Below, in pieces: positions 11,090-18,451 of a DNA stretch of 64,000 bases; positions within the stretch are counted from its first letter, which is position 1; each line of letters starts with the position of its first letter. Both the position numbers and the translations under genes were made by a program. The stretch covers positions 12,764-76,763 of the forward strand of contig CBDCGV010000017.1 of the NCBI GenBank assembly GCA_965216955.1, in the 5' to 3' direction. The notes under the pieces were generated by a model, which saw only the letters and a list, made by a program, of their open reading frames with translations, did no database searches and was not told the origin of the DNA. The stretch is from Chitinophagales bacterium. Its GTDB lineage: Bacteria; Bacteroidota; Bacteroidia; Chitinophagales; JADIYW01.

Positions 11090-11846
11090 TTAAATAATTT
11101 TCTTCGATGTAAACCCAATTAATTTCAGGATGCTCATTAACAACGTTCCCAATAATTATAATGGCAGGGGTTCCTATTTTTTGGAGTTTCACTTCTTCTA
11201 AAATACTGTCTACTGTCCCCAATGCTTTCTTTTCTGAGGAAAGACTTCCATTTTGGATAACTGCAATTGGCGATTCAGATTTACCCTCTGCTTTTAAAAG
11301 CTCAACAATCAAAGACAATTTTCCTAACCCCATTAAAATCACTAGTGTCGCACTACTTTTGACAGCCAAAGCCAAGTCTTCTGCAAATCGGCCTTTTTTA
11401 GCCGTTGCCGTTAACACCCAAAAACTTTCATTTACTCCTCTTTTAGTAAGCGGAATTCCTTGCAACGCAGGAACAGCAATTGCACTTGAAATGCCAGGAA
11501 CAATTTCTACCGCAACATTAAATGCCTTGGCATATTCCAATTCTTCATGCCCCCTGCCAAAAACAAATGGATCTCCCCCTTTTAAACGAACTACATGTCC
11601 ATAATTAAATGCATAGGCCACTAGCATCTCATTGATTTTATCTTGAGTATACCTATGCTTATTTGCGCGCTTACCCACAAAAACAACAAGCGCATCCTTA
11701 GCTGCATTTTCCAAAAGCACTTTATTGACCAGTGCATCGTATAAAATAACATCAGCTGTTTTAATCGCTTTTAAACCTTTGATACTAATTAGATCAGGAT
11801 CTCCCGGACCCGCTCCTACTAATGTTATTTTAGGTGTTTTATTCAT
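11073..11846 (-). CDS. cobA: uroporphyrinogen-III C-methyltransferase
   Basis: 257 aa; LVGAGPGDPDLISIKGLKAIKTADVILYD is typical of SUMT. Its ATG directly abuts the upstream stop (TAGATG). Confidence 0.85.
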   Translation of the reverse strand: MNKTPKITLVGAGPGDPDLISIKGLKAIKTADVILYDALVNKVLLENAAKDALVVFVGKRANKHRYTQDKINEMLVAYAFNYGHVVRLKGGDPFVFGRGHEELEYAKAFNVAVEIVPGISSAIAVPALQGIPLTKRGVNESFWVLTATAKKGRFAEDLALAVKSSATLVILMGLGKLSLIVELLKAEGKSESPIAVIQNGSLSSEKKALGTVDSILEEVKLQKIGTPAIIIIGNVVNEHPEINWVYIEENYLNGDFS

Positions 11847-13988
11847 CTACGCTTTGTAATAATTTTCGATCACTTCTTTATCCTTTTCGCTTCCTTCTTC
11901 ATTTCTCTGGCGTTCTCTATAAGCCTTTATCTCATTTAAAAAATGACTCAATTGGTTTAAATAACCCTCCACAAATGATTGACTTGGTTCATTCGCCTTA
12001 ATGCTCAACACTAATTCTCCAAAGTCTTTTCCTTGTGCTGAGAAACTACCTTGATCTGCAAGATGTTCATTAAAATCTTTAATGATATTGATTTGGGTAT
12101 TGCAAGCAATATCTTTAGATAAAAGTAACGCCTTCGCTCCAATTACAAATCCTGTATAAGCACTGTAAGCAGCCTGCGGATAAAGTTTTTCTTTTTTGTA
12201 TGCTTCTGCTTCTTCTTGTTTAATTTCTGCATCTCTTATGATGCCCCCCACTAAGTCTGTCATTACACCTGCACATTCTCCTACCCCTATCTCTGGAACA
12301 AAGTTTTCCGTATGTCCCCAATCTTGGAATTCTTCTGGCCTAAAGGTTTCTTTATCGCCTAATTCCTTTAGAATTCCATAAAAATACCTCTTCCCTTGTC
12401 TCCTAAAGTAGCTATTAAAGTACTCTCCTTCAGTACCATTATCTTCATAATCTTGAAGGATTGTTCTCAGTACATCAGGGATCCTCTTAGTAGGTAATTT
12501 GATAACCTTTTCTCCTATATTTCCTGCACCATCTGGATCCACACCTCCACCAAGTATTACTTGCATAGCAGGAGCCACTAAATCTCCTACCTTTATAGAG
12601 CTGCCATGAAATCCTATTTGGGCAGCCATATGTTGCCCGCAAGAGTTCATGCAACCACTCATCTTTATTTTAATATTTTTCTCATGTGCCAAATCCTCAT
12701 ATTCTTTCTTTAATACATCCTCAAGCACTTTTGCAAGCTCCATACTATTTGTTACTCCCAACATACAAGTGTCTGTTCCTGGACACGTTGTTATATCCAA
12801 AATTGTATCAAACCCAGGATTTGCGAAATTCAATTCATCTAGTTTTTGATATAGATAAGGCAAGGCCTCTTCTCTAACAAAACGCAATAAAAGTCCTTGG
12901 TTAACAGTTACACGCATGTCATCAGCAGCAACTTCTTCAACTATTGCGGCCAGTTTACGAGCAATTTTATGGTCGATATCCCCCTTTAATACTTTGAGAT
13001 AAACTCCGAAAAAGCCCTTTTGCTTCTGCTCAAAAACATTCGTTGCTAACCAATCTTTATATTTCTTCTGGTCTTCAATATTTATACTCGGTAAATCTTT
13101 AGTTGCTTTTGGCACTGCAGAAGGAAAATCATCTGTTTCAATAGCGACAGTCTGATTCGCTAAAGATTGTAATTCTTCTTTTACCAATTCCATCCAAGCT
13201 TCTAATCCCATTTCTCTTACTAGAAACTTCATTCTAGCCTTAAACCTTTTCGCTCTTTCGCCATATCTATCAAAGACCCTTATGGCTGCCTCCATAAATG
13301 GAAGAATTTTCTCTTCTTCAAGAAACTCATATGCTGTCGGGGCAATAATAGACTGTGCTCCTAACCCACCACCAACTAGAACTTTAAAGCCCCTTTTACC
13401 ATCTCTAACTCTTGGTATAAAACCAAAATCATGGAAATAGGCAAACGCTGTATCTTGCTCATTTGAAGAGAACGCAATTTTTATTTTCCTTCCCATATCC
13501 TGGCAAATAGGATTTCTCAAGAAATACTCAAACGTCGCATGAGCGTATGGCGTTATATCAAAGGGTTCTTCTGGATCAATTCCTGCAGTAGCAGAAGCGG
13601 TAACATTACGAACCGTATTACCGCAAGCCTCTCTTGCTGTTACTTGAACGTCTGCTAATTCTGTCCAAACTTTTGGTGAATCATCCAATTTCACATAATG
13701 AAGTTGAATGTTTTGTCTCGTTGTAAGATGTAAATTACCTGTAGCATATTTTTCGGATACATCAGCCAATCGAACCAATTGTTTTGGTGTTATTTTTCCA
13801 TAAGGAAGTTTTGTCCTAAACATTTGAACTCCAAATTGTCTCTGTCCATATACTCCCCTTGTAAGCCTATAAGCCTTAAACTTATCCTCTGGCATCTTTT
13901 CATCCTTAAACAACTGAATCTTATACTCTAATTCGCGAATATCTTCCGCAGCCTTTTTAGATACATTATTACTAATTTCAACTCCCAT
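11847..13988 (-). CDS. sir: assimilatory sulfite reductase hemoprotein (ferredoxin-NiR/SiR type) with a C-terminal helical extension of about 150 aa
   Basis: 713 aa. Duplicated NiR/SiR ferredoxin-like and 4Fe-4S/siroheme modules (TTCPGTDTC, SGCMNSCGQH). First gene of an operon with siroheme synthesis genes and cysH. Confidence 0.85.
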   Translation of the reverse strand: MGVEISNNVSKKAAEDIRELEYKIQLFKDEKMPEDKFKAYRLTRGVYGQRQFGVQMFRTKLPYGKITPKQLVRLADVSEKYATGNLHLTTRQNIQLHYVKLDDSPKVWTELADVQVTAREACGNTVRNVTASATAGIDPEEPFDITPYAHATFEYFLRNPICQDMGRKIKIAFSSNEQDTAFAYFHDFGFIPRVRDGKRGFKVLVGGGLGAQSIIAPTAYEFLEEEKILPFMEAAIRVFDRYGERAKRFKARMKFLVREMGLEAWMELVKEELQSLANQTVAIETDDFPSAVPKATKDLPSINIEDQKKYKDWLATNVFEQKQKGFFGVYLKVLKGDIDHKIARKLAAIVEEVAADDMRVTVNQGLLLRFVREEALPYLYQKLDELNFANPGFDTILDITTCPGTDTCMLGVTNSMELAKVLEDVLKKEYEDLAHEKNIKIKMSGCMNSCGQHMAAQIGFHGSSIKVGDLVAPAMQVILGGGVDPDGAGNIGEKVIKLPTKRIPDVLRTILQDYEDNGTEGEYFNSYFRRQGKRYFYGILKELGDKETFRPEEFQDWGHTENFVPEIGVGECAGVMTDLVGGIIRDAEIKQEEAEAYKKEKLYPQAAYSAYTGFVIGAKALLLSKDIACNTQINIIKDFNEHLADQGSFSAQGKDFGELVLSIKANEPSQSFVEGYLNQLSHFLNEIKAYRERQRNEEGSEKDKEVIENYYKA

Positions 13989-14067
13989 ATTTACTATAGT
14001 TTCGAATTATTAATCAATACTTTTGTTCAAAAAAAATGGTCAAAAGTCTATTTTTTGTCGCCTTATT

Positions 14068-14103
14068 AAAAAAGCCTTCCCACTAATACGCTTTGGAAAG
14101 GCT
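14068..14103 (-). terminator. intrinsic terminator between the Cys-rich leader ORF and the sulfite reductase gene (candidate attenuator; could also serve as the oxyR terminator)
   Basis: Minus-strand RNA AGCCUUUCC-(13 nt loop)-GGGAAGGCU forms a 9-bp stem with one G-U pair, followed immediately by UUUUUU. Confidence 0.65.
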
Positions 14104-14133
14104 CTACTAATATGCTATTATAAAATCAAATAC

Positions 14134-14196
14134 CTATCCAGCAATTGTTGTAAAACAACAACAGCAACAAGTAGTTATTTGATATTTTTCTCCCAT
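14134..14196 (-). CDS. candidate leader peptide MGEKYQITTCCCCCFTTIAG (five consecutive Cys codons)
   Basis: Read directly: ATG GGA GAA AAA TAT CAA ATA ACT ACT TGT TGC TGT TGT TGT TTT ACA ACA ATT GCT GGA TAG. It lies 30 nt upstream of the terminator hairpin and 145 nt upstream of the sulfite reductase ATG. It is below the ORF-track length cut-off. Confidence 0.45.
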   Translation of the reverse strand: MGEKYQITTCCCCCFTTIAG

Positions 14197-14306
14197 TTCT
14201 ATTATAAAACTAACTTGTTATTAGAATAATTCCAAATAAGCCTTATTTTTTTTGTTGGATTAATGTTTTTTTAATCAGGTTCTGAAGAACCATAGAAAAG
14301 TATAGT

Positions 14307-15245
14307 TTATTTCCATTGAACAATTGTCCCTCTTTTTTTATTAGATAATTCTTCTGGAATATTCGATAATATATAGGACTTTAGGTGATCAATAAGGGAT
14401 ATTTTGGCCATATTTCTATAATAAACCAAACTAATTTCTCTTAAGGGCTTTGGACTAATAAACCCTTTTACTTGTTTTAGTTTTCTTGTCGACAGCTCTA
14501 AAACTGCTAATTCCGGCAAAAGAGTAGCCCCACCTTCTATTTCTACCATTTTCTTTAACGTTTCTATCGATCCGCTTTCATATCTTAAATTTCTTCCTTC
14601 TTCGTTTAAATCTAAGTGGCAAAGATTTATTACATGGTCTCTAAAACAATTACCCTGAGAAAGCATCCACAATTCTTTTTTATTAATACGTGTTGGATCA
14701 ATTCTTTTTCGTTCTGTTAAAGGATGCTTTGGGTGTACGTACAACATTATTTCTTCATAAAAAATAGGGTCTTCTTTCAACTCATCCTCTAAAAGAGGTG
14801 TCGCTACAATTCCAACGTCCAAAGCATCTTTTTTTAAAAGACCAATAATGTCTTCGGTCATCAATTCTCTTATACTCAATTGAACTTTAGGGTTTTTCTT
14901 AATTAAATCTCCAAGAAAATAGGGCAATAAATAGGGCGCTAAAGTCGGAATTATTCCAATTTTCAAATGACCTTGTATATTTTGTTTATGATCTGAAATT
15001 ATTTGCCCAATTTTACCCGATTCTCTTAATACATTTCGTGCTTGTTCTATAATTAGTTTTCCAATGGCAGTGGGAATAACTGGCTGTTTTGTTCTATCAA
15101 AAATGGATACTTTTAATGCTTCTTCTACCTTTTTTATTTGCATACTTAATGTTGGTTGGGTTACCATACATTTTTCAGCTGCAGTTGCAAAATGCCTATA
15201 AGTATCAATGGCTACAATGTACTCAAGTTGAGTTAGAGAAATCAT
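14307..15245 (-). CDS. oxyR: LysR-family peroxide-sensing regulator OxyR
   Basis: 312 aa with an N-terminal LysR HTH. The redox pair is spaced as in OxyR (GNCFRDHVINLC, C-x8-C). Divergent from ahpC. Confidence 0.8.
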   Translation of the reverse strand: MISLTQLEYIVAIDTYRHFATAAEKCMVTQPTLSMQIKKVEEALKVSIFDRTKQPVIPTAIGKLIIEQARNVLRESGKIGQIISDHKQNIQGHLKIGIIPTLAPYLLPYFLGDLIKKNPKVQLSIRELMTEDIIGLLKKDALDVGIVATPLLEDELKEDPIFYEEIMLYVHPKHPLTERKRIDPTRINKKELWMLSQGNCFRDHVINLCHLDLNEEGRNLRYESGSIETLKKMVEIEGGATLLPELAVLELSTRKLKQVKGFISPKPLREISLVYYRNMAKISLIDHLKSYILSNIPEELSNKKRGTIVQWK

Positions 15246-15282
15246 TATAATTATTTTCTATCAAGATATAAAAATTATTGAT

Positions 15283-15313
15283 TTTGTTTATACGCATTTA
15301 TGTTGCAAATTTG
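15283..15313 (+). promoter_or_regulatory. candidate ahpC promoter (TTTG -33 element, 19 nt spacer, CAAATTTG -7 box) in the oxyR-ahpC divergent region
   Basis: TTTG at 15283-15286 and CAAATTTG at 15306-15313 (one mismatch to TAnnTTTG), 27 nt before the ahpC ATG. Confidence 0.35.
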
Positions 15314-15340
15314 TGCTCTCATTAATTAAAAACAAAAAGA

Positions 15341-15901
15341 ATGGAAACAACAAATAGACTGATTACGGTAGGACAGCCATTCCCAACTTATGAAAAATTG
15401 GCTGCTGTCTCAATAGAAAAAGGGAAAGAATTTGCCACAATAACTAGTGAAGATCATAAAAAAGAAGGTCAATGGATGGTAATGTTCTGGTATCCAAAGG
15501 ATTTTACTTTCGTTTGCCCAACTGAAATTGCAGAATTCAATAATCAATATGAAGAATTCAGAGATAGAGATGCTGTTTTAATTGGCGCTTCTACGGATTC
15601 GGAATTTGTGCATGCGGCATGGAGAAGAGATCACGATGATTTAAGGGGTTTAAAATTTCCTTTGTTAGCTGATACTTCTAAATCTCTAGCAGAAGATTTA
15701 GGTATTTTGGAAACGAGTGAAAAAATTGCTTATAGAGCTACATTTATTGTTGATCCTCAAGGAATTGTTAGATGGGTAAGTGTTTATGATCTTTCTGTAG
15801 GAAGGAACGTAGAAGAGGTTATTCGAGTTTTAGATGCTCTTCAAACTGACGAATTATGCCCTTGTAATTGGGAAAAAGGACAAGAGACTTTACAAGTTTA
15901 A
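15341..15901 (+). CDS. ahpC: peroxiredoxin, AhpC-type 2-Cys
   Basis: 186 aa with the peroxidatic Cys motif FTFVCPTE and resolving Cys region ELCPCNW. Confidence 0.9.
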   Translation: METTNRLITVGQPFPTYEKLAAVSIEKGKEFATITSEDHKKEGQWMVMFWYPKDFTFVCPTEIAEFNNQYEEFRDRDAVLIGASTDSEFVHAAWRRDHDDLRGLKFPLLADTSKSLAEDLGILETSEKIAYRATFIVDPQGIVRWVSVYDLSVGRNVEEVIRVLDALQTDELCPCNWEKGQETLQV

Positions 15902-15924
15902 AAGCAAAATTAGAATTTCAATTT

Positions 15925-15964
15925 AAAGCCTCGGATTTAATACTAATTCGAGGCTTTATTTTAC
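15925..15964 (+). terminator. rho-independent terminator after ahpC
   Basis: AAAGCCTCG-(15 nt)-CGAGGCTTT followed by ATTTT, 24 nt after the ahpC stop. Confidence 0.6.
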
Positions 15965-15981
15965 TACTTAAATAACTTATC

Positions 15982-16560
15982 ATGCAAGAAACAAAAATAG
16001 ATTTACTAAACGATCTTCAGTTAGGAGAAAAATTTTAGTGCAGAAGTACTTAGACAATTTAACAGCAGCATCTTCAAGGTATGTCAGAGATTTAAGAATG
16101 AATTTAAAAGCATCTATAAATCAAAGGTATTATCTGCCAAAAGAGATTGCCCTAATTGCATTATCTATTGCTACGAACAACAAAAAACAATGCTCTAATA
16201 AAGACTTATAGCGCACATGCTAAATCATATGAAGCCAATAATGAAGAAATTGCAGAAGCGCAAGCATGTGCTTCACTATTAAGTGCCAATAATGTTTTGT
16301 ATCGTTTCAGACACTTTGTTTCTAAAGAACCCTATGACCAAATGCGTGCAGGTATTAGAATGAATATTATGATGAACCCACTACTTGGTAAGGAATTGTT
16401 TGAATTAATAAGTTTGGCTGTTTCTTCAGTAAACGGTTGTGAAATGTGCGTCAAATCTCATGAAGTATCTGTATTAGAAGCTGGAGGAAGCGAGGAAAGA
16501 ATTTGGGATGCCATCAAAATTGCCTCCATTGTAACTAGCGCGGATCGGGTGATTAATTAA
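15982..16560 (+). pseudogene. ahpD: alkylhydroperoxidase AhpD-family (carboxymuconolactone decarboxylase family) gene with two frameshifts
   Basis: Three in-order pieces: MQETKIDLLNDLQLGEKF* (frame 1), VQKYLDNLTAASSRYVRDLRMNLKASINQRYYLPKEIALIALSIATNNK (frame 0), and NNALIKTYSAH...NGCEMCVKSHE... (frame 1, ORF 16156..16560). The shifts sit at the A5T4 run 16028-16036 and the A6 run 16182-16187. The CxxC active-site motif (GCEMC) is present. Confidence 0.7.
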
Positions 16561-16615
16561 ATTTTCATCTTATTGCAAGAATAAATAATGATAAATTTGC
16601 TCAGAAAAAAATACT

Positions 16616-16987
16616 ATGGATAGAATCATTAATGCAAAGCTGAAATTACTGGAAAAAGGCACCGGAAACCCCTTAACCAGTGAAAATATAATTGTAAAAT
16701 TATATGATAAAGATCTATTGGAAGATGATTTACTTGCTGAAAGCAAATTAGATAATGAAGGAAATGCGCTTTTCACATTTTCAGAAGCAAAGTATAAATC
16801 TAAAGACTCTCCTTTGGAAACTAAAGGAGATTTTTATTTTATCGTTTTTGAAGAAGGAAAGGAAATATATAAAAGTAGCGTTAGTGAAGATATTGACTTT
16901 ATGAAAACAGGCACTCTTGATACTCAAAAAGGGGTTCCAACTAGATTTAGGTCAATTTTTAATTTAAAACTTCAAGAGAGAATATGA
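16616..16987 (+). CDS. hypothetical protein; 3' end uncertain
   Basis: 123 aa ORF with no motif I can name confidently. An alternative frame after the A5G4 run at 16926-16934 reads QLDLGQFLI*, so the C-terminus may also be frameshifted. Confidence 0.3.
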   Translation: MDRIINAKLKLLEKGTGNPLTSENIIVKLYDKDLLEDDLLAESKLDNEGNALFTFSEAKYKSKDSPLETKGDFYFIVFEEGKEIYKSSVSEDIDFMKTGTLDTQKGVPTRFRSIFNLKLQERI

Positions 16988-17470
16988 CTACCGGAGAATT
17001 TTTGGCTGATATGATGGACAATACTCGTCGTTTAACAAAATGGTATCTCAAGACATTAGACAAAAGTCATTGGCACATTCGACCAACATTCAATAATCAA
17101 AAATTAAACAGTCCATATTGGTTGATCGGTCATCTAGTTTGGGCAGATCAATTCCTTTGTCTAGAAGCTTTAAACCCAAATTTCAAACCTATAGAATGGA
17201 CTAAAGCATTTGGATTTAATACTTCTGGAGATGTCGAAAATGGTCCAGACATAGATGTTTTAATAAATACTTTTAATGAAATTCACGATCAAAAAACTAT
17301 CCTTTGTGAAAAATTTAGATAATGAATTTCTAGCTAACCCTTTTCCAATCACTTCATTAAATTTTAGAGATAACCGAAGAGGCCTGATGCATATAATCAG
17401 GCATGAAGGCACACATCAAGGACAACTTACCGTTTCTATCAAATTGATAAAAGCATACATTAAAGGTTAA
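16984..17470 (+). pseudogene. DinB-superfamily protein with one frameshift
   Basis: ORFs 16984..17322 and 17276..17470 overlap in different frames and read as one protein (N-terminal ...WLIGHLVWADQF..., C-terminal ...HIIRHEGTHQGQL). The shift lies in an A-run at 17291-17296 or 17309-17313. Confidence 0.6.
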
Positions 17471-18378
17471 TCGCTACCCCAAAGTTTTTCGGGATAAACT
17501 CCCTCGCTTATTAAATCTTTCAGTTTTTGTTGGACAATCGGTTTATCCTCTTTATAAGTTACACCAAACCATTGGGCATCACTATTAAGTACTTTCATTT
17601 TTCCAGTACCTTCTTCAAATCATTTTATTAATGACTAAAGGAATAAAAAACTCAGACTTAGGTTCATTAATTCGTGCAGTCAAAAATTGAATAAAATCAC
17701 TTTCCATCAAATTAAAAAGTGCAGGAGTAAAGCCAAACATATTCATAGAAACTACAGAATTGATATTTATTTCAATTCGATTATCTCCATCAGGGCGTAA
17801 AAAGCTTTATCGTCTTCTTTTGAAATATTAATACGCTCTACTATGCCACTTAAATAACCTTCTGCATCTGTTGTACAAACCCCTCTATTTACAGAACCAT
17901 GATCAGAAAGTGTGCTTCTTAAATAATACCCAACCATGCTTTGCTCCATACTTTCATTATCAGATGCTGAAAGAAAATCTGCCAAAACCTTAAAAGCATC
18001 AACACCATAATAATCATCTGCATTAATTACTGCAAATGGTTCATTAATTACTTCCTTTGCAACCAAAACAGCATGTGCCGTTCCCCAAGGTTTTTGTCTT
18101 TCTTCTGGTAAAGTAAATCCTTTAGGTAGCATATCTAACTCTTGAAATACATACTTTACCTCTATTTTATCGGAAAATTTATTTCCAATGGCCTCTTTAA
18201 AAGCATCTTCAATATTTCTACGTATAACAAAAACTATTTTACCGAATCCCGCTCGTATAGCATCATAAATTGAATAATCAATAATCGCCTCCCCCGACGG
18301 CCCTACTTGATCTATTTGCTTTAATCCTCCGTATCGGCTTCCCATACCAGCTGCTAAAATCAATAATGTTGGCTTCAT
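17468..18378 (-). pseudogene. sugar-phosphate nucleotidyltransferase family protein with two frameshifts
   Basis: The N-terminal 203 aa are intact (LILAAGMGSRYGGLKQ). The remainder is readable in two other frames: RPDGDNRIEININSVVSMNMFGFTPALFNLMESDFIQFLTARINEPKSEFFIPLVINKMI, then EEGTGKMKVLNSDAQWFGVTYKEDKPIVQQKLKDLISEGVYPEKLWGSD*. The shifts are at 17799-17803 and 17617-17619. Confidence 0.65.
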
Positions 18379-18451
18379 TTATCTATGTTATTAATTGACT
18401 CGAAAGTAATTAAAAAAAAATATCTAATTTCAACGAGATATATCAACAATT

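Noticed and set aside
11161-11604. 147-aa ORF antisense to cobA
   Set aside because: It lies entirely within the SUMT gene, which has clear family motifs. The antisense product has no recognisable features.
14155-14169. (TGT/TGC)5 run considered as a mere trinucleotide microsatellite
   Set aside because: Not fully excluded. However, it is in frame within an ATG-to-TAG mini-ORF, is followed by a terminator, and sits in front of the cysteine-sulfur assimilation operon. It is therefore reported as a candidate attenuator with this alternative stated.
14023-14229. 68-aa plus-strand ORF in the oxyR-sulfite reductase intergenic region
   Set aside because: Its sequence is low-complexity (…CCKTTTATSSY… is just the complement reading of the Cys-codon run). 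It spans a strong minus-strand terminator. The minus-strand leader ORF/terminator interpretation explains the region better.
14278-14291. GGTTC-TGAA-GAACC hairpin right after the oxyR stop, as a possible oxyR terminator
   Set aside because: It has only a 5-bp stem and is followed on the minus strand by an A-rich tract, not a U-rich one, so it is unlikely to terminate transcription.
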